DNA of 64,000 nucleotides from an uncultured Chloroflexia bacterium (GTDB taxonomy: Bacteria; Chloroflexota; Limnocylindria; Limnocylindrales; CSP1-4): assembly GCA_963763075.1 (NCBI GenBank), contig CAVXNF010000006.1, forward strand, positions 1,278-65,277. The letters are read 5' to 3'. This document shows, piece after piece, positions 1-10,209 of this stretch. Both the position numbers and the translations under genes were made by a program. The notes beneath the pieces are model-generated. The model saw only the letters and a list, made by a program, of their open reading frames with translations, had not been told where the DNA came from and made no database searches. Numbering within the stretch: position 1 is the first letter of the stretch; each line of letters begins with the position of its first letter.

Positions 1-16
1 GGCCTGGCTGACGGCA

Positions 17-3000
17 ATGACCCGGAGCCCGATCGCGTCCGAGATCGTCGGGGCCGCGTCCCAGGTCGAGGTGCATTGGGATCGAGTCGCCGCGCTCATC
101 GATACCGGTCCCGAGCAGGCAGGCGTCAGGCGCCGGGCCGCCGCCAAGGTGCTCGCGGCGATCCCCGCGGTCATCGGCGCCGGACCGCAGGGTGGATCGC
201 TGACCGATGGTCCGGCGGTGGACCAGGATGCCGCGGAGCTGGCCAGGCTTGCGGATCAGGTTGGCGCGCTGGCCCAGGTCGTCGAGCACGCGACCGCCGC
301 GGCGGAGGCACAGCGGTCCGCCGCGGAGTACATGGCCCGGCTCGAAGAGTCGATGCGGGCCGAGGCTGACGCCCGGCAGGCGGTCGTCGATGCGACGCAC
401 CGCGCCGCCGACCTGTCCGAGCGAGTCGCACGTCTCGAGGGCGACCTCGAGTCGGAGCGGCTCCTGGCTGCCACCGATCGTGGACGCGCTCAGGCCGAGG
501 TCCTCGAGCTGAAGGGCAAGGTCGGGACAGCGCGCGGCGTGGTTGCCGCCTTGCGGAGCGAGGTCAGGGCGCTCCGGACGCTTCGCAAGCGACGCTCGGT
601 CAGGGCGGTATTGCGCATCTCGAACGCCATCCGGCGTGCGAGGGCGCGCACCCTCGCCATCTTCGGGGTGAAGCCTGCGCGCCGGCGGGCACGCGACAAC
701 CGGGCGCCGCTGGCCACGGCGGAACAGCAGCGCCTCCTTGCCGACGCGCTCGCTGCCCAGGCACCAGGGTCGTCCCGAGTCGACGGGCCACTGGTCAGCG
801 TCATCATCCTCAACCGCAACGGTCGCTCACACCTGCGCCGCCTGCTGCCGACCCTGGTGGAGACGACATATCGCTCGTTCGAGCTGATCGTCGTCGACAA
901 CGCCTCGACCGACGGCTCCCGCGAGGAGCTCGCACGGTGGACCGATCGCCTCTCGCTGCAGGTGATCGTCAACGACGACAACCAGAGCTTCAGCGACGGG
1001 AACAACCAGGCGGCTCGGGTCGCGAGCGGGGACCTGCTCCTGTTTCTCAACAACGATGTCGAGCCGCTGGTGCCCGGATGGCTCGGGAGACTGGTGGACA
1101 CGATCGAGGCCGAGGGGGCCGTCGGCGTCGGCGCGCGCCTGGTCTACCCGTTCCGGCCGGAGCGCACCACGGAGGCTGATCGCCGGACGCCGGACCTCAC
1201 CCTCCAGCACCGCGGGATCCACTACATCGGGGCCGACGGCATCCCGACGGCGCGCAACCTCGGCGTGGGCGATGACGCGCTCGGCGAGGCGGCGCAGCGC
1301 GTGGGCGAGGCCGCCGGCGTGACCGCGGCGTGCCTCCTGGTGCGCCGAGCCGCATTCGATGCGGTCGGGGGATACACGCCCGGCTACATGTACGGCACCG
1401 AGGACGTCGACCTCAACATCAAGCTGCGAGCGAACGGGGGCCGCCTCGTCTACGACGGCCTCGCGGTGCTGTGGCACCACGAGTACGGGACGCAGAACCT
1501 CGAAGGCCAGGAGTGGAAGCGCCGGAACTGGGCGCGGAACCGCCAGCACTTCGTCAACCGCTTCGGTCCCCAGGCGTTCCGGACCGTTCTTCGCGATCGC
1601 CTGCTCGGGGACGGACGGTGGTCCGAGGACCCGCCCCACGTCGCTGTCACGCTGACCCGCAACGACCCGGCGGCAGGATGGGGCGACTACTACACCGCGC
1701 ACGAGATCGGCGATGCCCTCGCCGCGCTGGGGTGGCGCGTCAGCTACGCCGAGCGACACCGCGACCGGTGGTACGACCTCGATCCCAGTGTCGACATCGT
1801 TCTCTCCCTGCTCGACGCGTTCGACGTCCGGCAGGTGAAGCGCGGTGTGGTCACGATCGCGTGGATCCGCAACTGGACCGAGCGCTGGATCGACCACCCG
1901 TGGTTTGACGAGTACGACATCGTCCTCGCCTCGAGCGAGCGCTCGCGTGACCTCGTCGACGCGAACTCTGCGCACAAGGCCGTCCTGATGCCGCTCGCGA
2001 CCAATCCCGAGCGATTCGCCCCTCGGCCCGCGACGACGGGGCTCAGGAGCGACGTCGTGTTCGTCGGCAATCGTTGGGGCGAGGCTCGCGCCGTCGAACG
2101 GGTGCTTCCGGAAGTCGGCCGGACGCGCAAGGTGCGCGTGTTCGGGGCAGGCTGGACGGGCACCGACCTGGAGCCGTTTGAAGAGGGCCCGCTCGACTAC
2201 GATCGGCTCCCGGACGCCTACGCGTCGGCCCGCCTCGTGATGGATGACACCGCCGGACCGACACTCCCGTACGGCGCCGTCAATTCCCGCGTGTTCGACG
2301 CCCTGGCCGCCGGCGCACTGGTCGTATCGGACAACGAGCACGGCGTGCGGGAGCTGTTCGGGGACGAGTTTCCCGTGGCACGAGATGCCGCGGACCTCGA
2401 CGCGACCCTGCGCTGGATCGACGAGCAACCAGAGGCGGCCGAATCGCTTCGTGAGCGCCTGCGCGCTGTCGTCCTCGAAAACCACACGTACGCGCACCGG
2501 GCACGGGAGATCCGCGACCACATCCTCGGGTGGGTCGAGGCCGATCGATACGCGATTCTCATCGGGGCACCGAACTGGGAGCGAGCCCTGTACTGGGGCG
2601 ACTATCACTTCGCCAGATCACTGCAACGACAGCTCCAGCGGCAAGGCTTCCCGACGCGGGTCCACCTGCTGGATGAGTGGAACCGGTCCCCGGCGGCTCG
2701 TGCCGACGTCGTCATCCACCTCCACGGGCTGAGCGAATATCGGCCTCGGCAAGCCCAGCTCAACCTCCTGTGGGTGATCAGCCACCCCGATCGCGTGACT
2801 CCGGCGGTATGCGAGCGGTACGACGCGGCGTTCGTCGCCTCGGACGCGTTCGCCGCGAGCCTCGCGCCGCAGAGCCGTGTCCCGGTCATCCCGCTCCACC
2901 AGGCGACCGACCCGGAGCGCTTCTTTCCGGAGGCGGGCGGCCCGCCGCATGAGCTGCTGCTGGTCGCGAACACGCGTGGCTCGCGACGGGCGATCGTCGA

Positions 3001-3568
3001 CGACCTCGTCCCCACCGCCCACGACCTCGCGATCTACGGACTCGGCTGGACGGATGCCCTCGTTGATCCGGCGTACGTCCGCGGCGACCACGTCCCCAAC
3101 CGGATGCTCAACCGGTACTACGCAGCCGCGGGCATCGTGCTCAACGACCACTGGCCGGACATGCGCTCACACGGGTTCATCTCGAACCGGCCGTACGACG
3201 CGCTCGCCTCCGGAGGGTTCGTCATCTCGGACGCAGCGGCCGGCCTGGCCGAGGAGTTCGAGGGGGCCGTGGAGACCTACACCACGCGCACCGAGCTGCG
3301 GGACAAGGTCGACGCCTACATGGCCGATCCGGACGCACGCAAGGAGCTCGCCGCCCGTGGCCGCGCGATCGTGCTCGAGCGACACACGTTCGCGCACCGC
3401 GCCGCCACCATCGTCGAACTTGTCCGGACGATGGACGCCGAGCGGCCGCGTGACCTCGAGTCGTGGCCGCCACTCGAGCGGTGGCTCGTGCGACGGAACC
3501 GGCTCCGGACACGCCAGCCCGCGAACCGGTCGGCGGATGTCGACGCCACGTTGTCCGCGCCGCGCTGA
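17..3568 (+). CDS. Multi-domain glycosyltransferase: N-terminal coiled coil + GT2 domain + two CgeB-like (GT-B) domains
   Basis: 1183-aa ORF. GT2 motifs VSVIILNRNG, VVDNASTDGS, LLFLNND, EDVDL. Two homologous C-terminal modules (WGDYYTAHEIG...NSRVFDALAAGALVVSD and WGDYHFARSL...SNRPYDALASGGFVISD). True start could lie upstream of the window. Confidence 0.85.
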   Translation: MTRSPIASEIVGAASQVEVHWDRVAALIDTGPEQAGVRRRAAAKVLAAIPAVIGAGPQGGSLTDGPAVDQDAAELARLADQVGALAQVVEHATAAAEAQRSAAEYMARLEESMRAEADARQAVVDATHRAADLSERVARLEGDLESERLLAATDRGRAQAEVLELKGKVGTARGVVAALRSEVRALRTLRKRRSVRAVLRISNAIRRARARTLAIFGVKPARRRARDNRAPLATAEQQRLLADALAAQAPGSSRVDGPLVSVIILNRNGRSHLRRLLPTLVETTYRSFELIVVDNASTDGSREELARWTDRLSLQVIVNDDNQSFSDGNNQAARVASGDLLLFLNNDVEPLVPGWLGRLVDTIEAEGAVGVGARLVYPFRPERTTEADRRTPDLTLQHRGIHYIGADGIPTARNLGVGDDALGEAAQRVGEAAGVTAACLLVRRAAFDAVGGYTPGYMYGTEDVDLNIKLRANGGRLVYDGLAVLWHHEYGTQNLEGQEWKRRNWARNRQHFVNRFGPQAFRTVLRDRLLGDGRWSEDPPHVAVTLTRNDPAAGWGDYYTAHEIGDALAALGWRVSYAERHRDRWYDLDPSVDIVLSLLDAFDVRQVKRGVVTIAWIRNWTERWIDHPWFDEYDIVLASSERSRDLVDANSAHKAVLMPLATNPERFAPRPATTGLRSDVVFVGNRWGEARAVERVLPEVGRTRKVRVFGAGWTGTDLEPFEEGPLDYDRLPDAYASARLVMDDTAGPTLPYGAVNSRVFDALAAGALVVSDNEHGVRELFGDEFPVARDAADLDATLRWIDEQPEAAESLRERLRAVVLENHTYAHRAREIRDHILGWVEADRYAILIGAPNWERALYWGDYHFARSLQRQLQRQGFPTRVHLLDEWNRSPAARADVVIHLHGLSEYRPRQAQLNLLWVISHPDRVTPAVCERYDAAFVASDAFAASLAPQSRVPVIPLHQATDPERFFPEAGGPPHELLLVANTRGSRRAIVDDLVPTAHDLAIYGLGWTDALVDPAYVRGDHVPNRMLNRYYAAAGIVLNDHWPDMRSHGFISNRPYDALASGGFVISDAAAGLAEEFEGAVETYTTRTELRDKVDAYMADPDARKELAARGRAIVLERHTFAHRAATIVELVRTMDAERPRDLESWPPLERWLVRRNRLRTRQPANRSADVDATLSAPR

Positions 3569-3628
3569 GGTGGACCGGCGCATGCTGCTCGCTCGGGGGT
3601 CGGTGCGCTCGCTCGACGACACGCGGCG

Positions 3629-3637
3629 TGCTATCCT
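3629..3637 (+). promoter_or_regulatory. Extended -10 promoter (TGcTATCCT) of rplS
   Basis: TGn-TAnnnT about 100 nt upstream of rplS; same pattern upstream of rpsB, rpsO and asd. Confidence 0.6.
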
Positions 3638-3733
3638 CCGCCGTCGGCCGCGCCGTGTTCCGGCACGCCGTCCCGAGACCTGCACCATCCGCAGCCCCGG
3701 CTGCCGCCGACCACTGACAAGGATCCCCACACC

Positions 3734-4078
3734 GTGAACGTGCTCCAAGAGATCGTCCAGGACCAGCTGCGCACCGACCTCCCCGAGATCGTCCCGGGCG
3801 ACACCGTCAAGGTCTCCGCCAAAGTCGTCGAGGGCACGCGCGAGCGCATCCAGGTGTTCGAGGGCCTCGTGATGCGGATGCGCCGCAGCGGGATCGCGTC
3901 GACGATCACCGTCCGCCGGATCGCCTCCGGCGTGGGCGTCGAGCGCACGTTCAAGATCCACAGCCCGCGGATCGAGAAGATCGAGGTCGTCCGCCACGGC
4001 CAGGTCCGCCGCGCAAAGCTGTACTTCCTGCGCAACCGCGTGGGCAAGGCCGCGACGACGCTCCGCGAGCGCCGCTAG
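3734..4078 (+). CDS. rplS: 50S ribosomal protein L19
   Basis: PGDTVKV...[42 protein letters not shown]. Confidence 0.99.
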   Translation: MNVLQEIVQDQLRTDLPEIVPGDTVKVSAKVVEGTRERIQVFEGLVMRMRRSGIASTITVRRIASGVGVERTFKIHSPRIEKIEVVRHGQVRRAKLYFLRNRVGKAATTLRERR

Positions 4079-4110
4079 CTGCCGGGCGGTACCCCGCCCG
4101 CTGCGACCTC

Positions 4111-4140
4111 GACGACCCCGGCCCGCCCGGGGTCTCGTCA
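4111..4140. terminator. GC-rich hairpin between convergent rplS and phzF-like genes
   Basis: GACCCCGG-cccgc-CCGGGGTC (4114-4134); a second hairpin cgggcgg-tacc-ccgcccg at 4083-4100; no strong U-tract. Confidence 0.5.
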
Positions 4141-4161
4141 TGTCCGGGCCGGCGAGCCGCG

Positions 4162-4995
4162 CTAGAGGTCGACGGATCCCTCGACCAGCGTGATGCTCCG
4201 CCCGCCGACGAGGATCGTCCCGTCCGGGTCTTGGGTTATCGAGAATCGCGCGGCCCGGCCGATCGCCCCGCCCTGGGTCGCGACGTAGGGCGCCTGGATC
4301 CGTCCGGCATCGATCAGCCAGCGCGCCACCGAGGCGTTGAGGCTGCCCGTCGCGGGATCCTCGACGATCGAGCCGTGCTCCGGCCAGGCGGCGCGCACCT
4401 CGAGCGCGGCGGGCGCGCCCGGCGGGTACAGCCCGACGATCCCGAGGTCGAGGTGGAGCGACGGCCCGATCCGCACCGCGAGGACGCGCGCCGCGCTCTC
4501 GAGCAGGACCGCCATCCAGCCGGGCCCGTTGTCGCACCAGGTCGAGTCGAGGATCTCGCCGCGCTCAATGCCCAGGGCGCCGGCGACGCGGTCGAGGTCG
4601 GCGTCGTCCACCGGGCCCCAGCGGAGCATCGGTGGCTCACGGAAGGCGAGGCCGTCCCCGGTTCGCCGCACCTCGACGAGGCCCGAGCCGCAGTGCTGCA
4701 CGACCGTGGCCGGGTCGCGCGGCACACCGCCCGCCTCGAGCCACGCGTGACACGTCCCGAGCGTCGGGTGGCCCGCGAACGGGATCTCCGCGGTTGGCGT
4801 GAAGATGCGCACGGCGTAGTCCGCGGCCGGATCGGGCGACGCGACGACGAACGTCGTCTCGGACAGGTTCGTCCAGGTCGCGAAGCGCTGCATCGCCTCG
4901 GTCGAGAGCCCGTCACCGTCGAGCACGACCGCGAGCCCGTTGCCGAGCCCGGGCTCGGTCGTGAACACGTCGACCTGGCGGAACGCGCGCTGCAT
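4162..4995 (-). CDS. PhzF family epimerase/isomerase
   Basis: FRQVDVFT...GNGLAVV, NLSETTFV, RIFTPTAEIPFAGHPTLG, EDPATGS, QGGAIGR. Confidence 0.93.
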   Translation of the reverse strand: MQRAFRQVDVFTTEPGLGNGLAVVLDGDGLSTEAMQRFATWTNLSETTFVVASPDPAADYAVRIFTPTAEIPFAGHPTLGTCHAWLEAGGVPRDPATVVQHCGSGLVEVRRTGDGLAFREPPMLRWGPVDDADLDRVAGALGIERGEILDSTWCDNGPGWMAVLLESAARVLAVRIGPSLHLDLGIVGLYPPGAPAALEVRAAWPEHGSIVEDPATGSLNASVARWLIDAGRIQAPYVATQGGAIGRAARFSITQDPDGTILVGGRSITLVEGSVDL

Positions 4996-5075
4996 GGGTC
5001 CGAGTCTGGCATCCGCCCGGCCGGCGTCGCCAGCGGCGTCCCGGTCCGCGGGCGGGCGCGGTACGCTGTCGACCG

Positions 5076-5846
5076 ATGACCATCATCGTCCCCACGCTCC
5101 GCTGGGAACGCCCCCTGTGGCGGGATGGCGCGAGCCGCGTCGTGGGCGTGGACGAGGTCGGCGTCGCCCCCACCTCCGGCGCGGTCGTCGCCGCGGCCGT
5201 GATCATGGCGCCCAACTGCCACCGGATCGAGGGCGTCCGGGACTCGAAGACGATGACGGCGCTCCAGCGCGAGCGGCTGGCCCCGGTGATCCGGCGACGC
5301 GCGATCGCGGTCGGGGTCGGCGCGGCGTCCGTGGCCGACATCGACCGGCTCAACATCTACCACGCGACCCATCTCGCGATGCGCCGCGCGATCGCCCGCC
5401 TCGGCGGCCACGACCACGTCCTCGTCGACGGCAACCGGATCGCCGACTTCGAGCAGCAGGTCGGCCCGTACACGGCCATCGTCGATGGCGACGCCCGGGT
5501 GTACTCGATTGCCTGTGCCTCGGTTGTCGCGAAGGTCGTCCGCGACCGGATGATGGCCAAGCTCCACGCCCGCTACCCGGTCTACGGCTGGGAGCGCAAC
5601 CAGGGCTACGCGACGAAGGAGCACCGCGACGCGATCCGCGCCCACGGGCTCACGCCCCACCACCGCGCCTCGTGGCAGGCGATCCAGGTCCTGATGGCCG
5701 GCGACCAGCTCGGGCTGTTCGACGCGCCGGAGGAGGGGAGCGGCCTGCCGGCGGACGCGATCGGGGTCATGGACCCGGACGCGGCGGGCCTGCTGGCCGA
5801 CGAGGTCCAGGCGCTGGGCGACGAGGCCCTCGCCGCGATCGGCTGA
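5076..5846 (+). CDS. rnhB: Ribonuclease HII with C-terminal extension
   Basis: GVDEVG, RDSKTM, DRLNIYHAT, VLVDGN, IVDGDA..YSIACASVVAKVVRD, YGWERNQGYATKEH, HHRASW. Confidence 0.96.
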   Translation: MTIIVPTLRWERPLWRDGASRVVGVDEVGVAPTSGAVVAAAVIMAPNCHRIEGVRDSKTMTALQRERLAPVIRRRAIAVGVGAASVADIDRLNIYHATHLAMRRAIARLGGHDHVLVDGNRIADFEQQVGPYTAIVDGDARVYSIACASVVAKVVRDRMMAKLHARYPVYGWERNQGYATKEHRDAIRAHGLTPHHRASWQAIQVLMAGDQLGLFDAPEEGSGLPADAIGVMDPDAAGLLADEVQALGDEALAAIG

Positions 5847-5944
5847 CCGTTCATCCCCATCGGATGACCCGGCCGCGCGCCGGGCGCGCGCATACTCTCG
5901 AACCCGGCCGGCCACCCGGCATGCCAGCCATCGGAGGACATCCC

Positions 5945-6493
5945 ATGGGTGAACCGAAGCGCACGCGTCTGATCTTCCTCGGCTTCGAGCGGGAGGGCGT
6001 CGCCCAGTCGGTGCTGGGCGTGATCGAGAGCGGGATCGCGGACAAGTCGATCACCGTCGAGGACTGGGCGATGGTCTACAAGGCGCCCGGCGGCAAGCTC
6101 ACGGTCACCAAGAACACGGGAACGGACCCGGGCGCGGCCCGTGGCGGGCTCGTCGGTGGCGGCGCGGGCGCGGTGCTCGCCGTCCTGTCGGGCCCGATCG
6201 GCGTCGGGGCGGTCGCGGTCGGCGCGGCGATCGGCGCGGTCACGGCCGCGGTCAAGGATTCGGGCTTCAAGGACCACGACGTCAAGGAGATCTCGAAGCA
6301 GATGGCCGACGGCCGGACCGGGATCATGATCGGCGTGCCGCTCGCGGCCGTGGACCAGTGGGACGCGTTCGTCGCCGATCACTCGGAGTTCGCGGCGGCC
6401 GACAACCAGCACACGGTCGACATCGTGCCCGGGCGGACGCTCGAGGACGCGATCGACGAGTACCACCGCCACGAGGACGACGACCGCGTCTGA
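5945..6493 (+). CDS. DUF1269-like membrane protein
   Basis: GGAGG SD before ATG 5945; glycine-zipper hydrophobic hairpin GAARGGLVGGGAGAVLAVLSGPIGVGAVAVGAAIGAVTA. Confidence 0.75.
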   Translation: MGEPKRTRLIFLGFEREGVAQSVLGVIESGIADKSITVEDWAMVYKAPGGKLTVTKNTGTDPGAARGGLVGGGAGAVLAVLSGPIGVGAVAVGAAIGAVTAAVKDSGFKDHDVKEISKQMADGRTGIMIGVPLAAVDQWDAFVADHSEFAAADNQHTVDIVPGRTLEDAIDEYHRHEDDDRV

Positions 6494-6562
6494 CGCGCCG
6501 TCACCCGTGGACAAGCAGCCGGTGAGCGCCGGTTGAGCGTCCGGTGAGCGCGCCGCGGCAGG

Positions 6563-6970
6563 ATGCCGTGGATGCAGCGAGCGACGAGCACCGCGGCGCA
6601 GCGCACCGGTGACGCGGCCGAGGCGCTGATCGCGAGCCGCCTGGAGGCCGCGGGCTGGACCATCCTCGCCCGCAACGTGCGGGTGGGCCGCGACGAGCTG
6701 GATCTCGTGGCGATCGACCCCGGGCCGCCGCGGGCGCTCGTCGTGGTCGAGGTGCGGCGACGCGGCCGGCGTGACTTCGGGTTCGCGGAGGAGACGGTCG
6801 ACCATCGCAAGCGCACGGCGCTCCGGCGTGCCGTGGCCACGCTGCTCGAGCGCGGCACGCTGCCCGACGGCCGGCCGCTGCCCGCGCTGCCGCTCCGGAT
6901 CGACCTCGTCGCGCTCGACGTGGGCCGGGACGGGCGGCCGTCGGTCCGCCACCACCGGGCGGCGATCTGA
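6563..6970 (+). CDS. yraN: YraN (UPF0102) PD-(D/E)XK-like protein
   Basis: [54 protein letters not shown]; syntenic with rnhB. Confidence 0.9.
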   Translation: MPWMQRATSTAAQRTGDAAEALIASRLEAAGWTILARNVRVGRDELDLVAIDPGPPRALVVVEVRRRGRRDFGFAEETVDHRKRTALRRAVATLLERGTLPDGRPLPALPLRIDLVALDVGRDGRPSVRHHRAAI

Positions 6971-7053
6971 CTGGCGACGAGACGTCGCGGGCGCCGACGC
7001 GGGCGCGACGCCGGCAGCGAGGGCCCGCCGCGGAGGGCTGCGACGCCCGTGCG

Positions 7054-7062
7054 TGCTACACT
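7054..7062 (+). promoter_or_regulatory. Extended -10 promoter (TGcTACACT) of rpsB-tsf
   Basis: TGn-TACACT immediately upstream of the structured rpsB leader. Confidence 0.65.
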
Positions 7063-7121
7063 CCCGGCCGCCGCGGCATGGGTCGCGGCTTCAGCACGCC
7101 CGTCCGGCACCCGCCGGCCGG

Positions 7122-7225
7122 AGCACACACGCTGATCCGTTCCCGACGCGGGACGGTGCCGGCGGTCCGCCACGCGGCGCATCGACCGGTCCCCGTGCGG
7201 GGATCAGCGGCGGCACAAACCAGGA
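7122..7225 (+). ncRNA. rpsB (S2) autoregulatory leader RNA, t44-like
   Basis: CACACAC then stem GCTGATCC (7131-7138)/GGATCAGC (7201-7208). Internal GGTGCC (7155-7160) is complementary to GGCAC (7212-7216), followed by AAACC. This layout matches the E. coli rpsB leader. Confidence 0.8.
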
Positions 7226-7235
7226 GGTCTTCGCA

Positions 7236-8132
7236 GTGCCCACCGTCTCGATGCGCCAGCTGCTTGAGGCAGGCGTCCACTTCGGACACCAGACTCGTCG
7301 CTGGAACCCGAAGATGAAGCCCTACATCTTCGCGGAGCGCAACGGCATCCACATCATCGACCTCGCGCAGACGGTCAAGCGCCTCGATTCGGCGCTCGAG
7401 TTCGTCACCGAGACGGTCGCCCGCGGCGAGAGCGTCCTGTTCGTCGGCACCAAGAAGCAGGCGCAGGAACCGGTGATGCAGGAGGCGATCCGCGCCGGCC
7501 AGCCGTACGTCACCAAGCGCTGGCTCGGCGGCATGATGACGAACTTCGTCACCATCCGGAAGCGGATCGGCCTGCTCGACCAGCTCGAGGCCCGGCAGCT
7601 CGCCGGTGACTTCGACCGCCTCCCGAAGAAGGAGGCCGCGGGCCTGACCGAGGAGCTCAACAAGCTCCAGGCCACGCTCGGCGGCATCCGCAAGATGAAG
7701 CGCCAGCCCGGCGCCATCTTCATCGTCGACCCGCACCGCGAGCGCATCGCGGTGACCGAGGCCAACAAGCTCGAGATCCCGGTCGTGGGCACGGGCGACA
7801 CGAACGTCGACCCCGACGAGCTCGACTTCATCATCCCCGCCAACGACGACGCGATCCGCTCGATCCGGCTGCTGTGCCAGCTCGTCGCGGACGCCGCGAT
7901 CGAGGGCGCGCAGCTGCGGGCCGCCCGGAGCAGCGAGCCCGAGGTCGCCGAGCAGTCGGCACCCGAGGATGAGCCGGAGTTCGACGAGGCCGCCGCGGCG
8001 GACCTGGTCGCCCAGCTCGCCGCCGGCGGGACGCTCTCGTTCGACCCGGAGAGCGACGACGACGAGCTCCTCCCCGGCGCCCCGAAGCGCGACGAGGGGC
8101 CCCCGGCCGCAGCGGCACCCGCCGCGAACTGA
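7236..8132 (+). CDS. rpsB: 30S ribosomal protein S2
   Basis: GTG start after AGGAGG; [39 protein letters not shown]; acidic C-terminal tail. Confidence 0.99.
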   Translation: MPTVSMRQLLEAGVHFGHQTRRWNPKMKPYIFAERNGIHIIDLAQTVKRLDSALEFVTETVARGESVLFVGTKKQAQEPVMQEAIRAGQPYVTKRWLGGMMTNFVTIRKRIGLLDQLEARQLAGDFDRLPKKEAAGLTEELNKLQATLGGIRKMKRQPGAIFIVDPHRERIAVTEANKLEIPVVGTGDTNVDPDELDFIIPANDDAIRSIRLLCQLVADAAIEGAQLRAARSSEPEVAEQSAPEDEPEFDEAAAADLVAQLAAGGTLSFDPESDDDELLPGAPKRDEGPPAAAAPAAN

Positions 8133-8267
8133 GCCCGGCCCGGGCGAGCGGCAGCGCCAGCCCGCCCGGACGCACCGACCGGCCGTCACGCCAGGGCGGC
8201 CGCCAAACCCGAACCCACGCGCGCCCGCCGCGGCGCGCCGCACACCACGACAGGAGATCCACGGACG

Positions 8268-8867
8268 ATGGCGGAGATCACGGCTGCGGCCGTCAAGCAG
8301 CTGCGCGAGCTGACGGGCGCCGGCTTCATGGACTGCAAGCGCGCGCTCGAGGAGGCCGATGGCGACCTCGACAAGGCCGTCGCGGCGCTGCGCGAGAAGG
8401 GCCTCGCCGCGGCCCAGAAGAAGTCCGGCCGCGAGGCGCGCGAGGGCCTTGTCAGCAGCTACATCCACCCCGGAGGCCGCCTCGGCGTGCTGATCGAGGT
8501 CAACTGCGAGACGGACTTCGTCGCGCGCACCGACGAGTTCCAGAAGCTCGTCAAGGACCTCGCGATGCAGGTCGCGGGCCTCGCCCCGACCTACGTCGAT
8601 GCCGACGAGATCCCGGCCGACGTCCTCGAGACGAAGAAGGCCGAGCTGCTCGCCGATCCGGCGACGGCCGGCAAGCCCGCCGAGGTCCGCGAGAAGATCC
8701 TCCAGGGCCAGCTCGCGAAGTGGTACAAGGACGTCTGCCTCCTCGACCAGCCGTTCCGCGACGAGGAGCGGGCCGTCCGTGACCTGGTGACCGAGAAGAT
8801 CGCGACGATCGGTGAGAACATCCGGGTGCGGCGGTTCACCCGCTACGCGCTCGGGGAGGAGCTGTGA
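8268..8867 (+). CDS. tsf: Elongation factor Ts (short form)
   Basis: [30 protein letters not shown]; 199 aa. Confidence 0.99.
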   Translation: MAEITAAAVKQLRELTGAGFMDCKRALEEADGDLDKAVAALREKGLAAAQKKSGREAREGLVSSYIHPGGRLGVLIEVNCETDFVARTDEFQKLVKDLAMQVAGLAPTYVDADEIPADVLETKKAELLADPATAGKPAEVREKILQGQLAKWYKDVCLLDQPFRDEERAVRDLVTEKIATIGENIRVRRFTRYALGEEL

Positions 8868-9655
8868 CGGACGCGGACGGAGCGCGCGACCAGGACGGCG
8901 GGCCGGCAGCGGCCCCCGCTGGGTCGGCGCGCTATCGCCGCATCCTGCTCAAGCTCTCCGGCGAGGCCCTCCTCGGCGAGCGCCAGTACGGCGTCGATCC
9001 CAAGTTCTGCGCGTTCGTCGCGCAGCAGGTGGCGGCGGTCCATGCGACCGGCGTCGAGATCGGCATCGTCGTCGGCGGCGGCAACATCTTCCGTGGCCTG
9101 GCCGCGGCCGCCCGCGGCATGGACCGGGCGACCGGCGACTACATCGGCATGCTCGCGACGGTCATGAACGGCCTCGCGCTCCAGGACGCCATCGAGCGCG
9201 TCGGCGTGCCCGTGCGCGTGATGAGCGCGATCGCCATGAACGAGGTCGCCGAGCCGTACATCCGCCGCCGCGCCGTGCGCCACCTCGAGAAGGGTCGCGT
9301 CACGGTGTTCGTCGCGGGCACGGGCAACCCGTACTTCACGACCGACACGGCCGCCGCCCTGCGCGCGGTGGAGATCGGCGCCGAGGTGCTGCTCAAGGCG
9401 ACCAAGGTCGACGGCGTGTACAACGCGGATCCGCTCACGGAGCCCACGGCGACGCGCTTCGACCATCTCAGCTACCAGGACCTGCTCCGGGACCAGCTCA
9501 AGGTCCTCGATGCGGCGGCCGTCTCCCTGTGCATGGAGAACGATCTGCCGATCCTGGTGTTCGATCTCAACGTTCCCGACAATATCCGCAGGGTTGCCGC
9601 CGGCGAGCCGGTGGGTACCCTGATCTCCGCCCAGTCCGGAGGAGGCCCCGCATGA
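8864..9655 (+). CDS. pyrH: UMP kinase
   Basis: [36 protein letters not shown]. Confidence 0.99.
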   Translation: MTDADGARDQDGGPAAAPAGSARYRRILLKLSGEALLGERQYGVDPKFCAFVAQQVAAVHATGVEIGIVVGGGNIFRGLAAAARGMDRATGDYIGMLATVMNGLALQDAIERVGVPVRVMSAIAMNEVAEPYIRRRAVRHLEKGRVTVFVAGTGNPYFTTDTAAALRAVEIGAEVLLKATKVDGVYNADPLTEPTATRFDHLSYQDLLRDQLKVLDAAAVSLCMENDLPILVFDLNVPDNIRRVAAGEPVGTLISAQSGGGPA

Positions 9656-10209
9656 CCAGTGAGATCCTCGCCGGGGCGGAGCGCAAGATGCTCCGCGCCG
9701 TGGAGGCCATGGAGCGCGACTTCCAGGGCTTCCGCACCGGCCGCGCCTCGACGTCGCTCGTCGAGCGCCTGACCGTCGACTACTACGGCACCCAGACGCC
9801 GCTCAACCAGCTCGCGTCGATCAGCGTCCCCGAGGCGCACCAGATCGTGATCCAGCCGTGGGACCGCGGCGTGCTGTCCGCGATCGAGAAGGCGATCCTC
9901 AAGAGCGACATCGGCCTCACGCCGAACGTCGACGGGACGCTCGTGCGCCTGAACATCCCGCCGCTCACCGAGGAGCGTCGCAAGGACATCGTGAAGAGCG
10001 TCCACAAGCGGATGGAAGACGCCCGGATCGAGATCCGCAACATCCGCCGTGAGGCCAACGACGGGATCAAGAAGGAAGAGCGCGACGGCGAGCTCGGCAC
10101 GGACGACGCGCGCCGCGAGGTCGACCAGCTGCAGAAGCTGACCGATCGCGTGGTCGGCGACGTCGACCGGCTCGGCGACGTCAAGGAGCAGGAGGTCCTG
10201 GAGGTCTAG
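9652..10209 (+). CDS. frr: Ribosome recycling factor
   Basis: ATG 9652 overlaps the pyrH stop; [34 protein letters not shown]. Confidence 0.98.
   Translation: MTSEILAGAERKMLRAVEAMERDFQGFRTGRASTSLVERLTVDYYGTQTPLNQLASISVPEAHQIVIQPWDRGVLSAIEKAILKSDIGLTPNVDGTLVRLNIPPLTEERRKDIVKSVHKRMEDARIEIRNIRREANDGIKKEERDGELGTDDARREVDQLQKLTDRVVGDVDRLGDVKEQEVLEV

Noticed and set aside
6505-6551. GTGGACAA DnaA-box-like site and CCGGTGAGCG x3 short repeats before yraN
   Set aside because: Only a 7/9 match, single site; the repeats are short, GC-rich and have no spacers, so not a CRISPR array.
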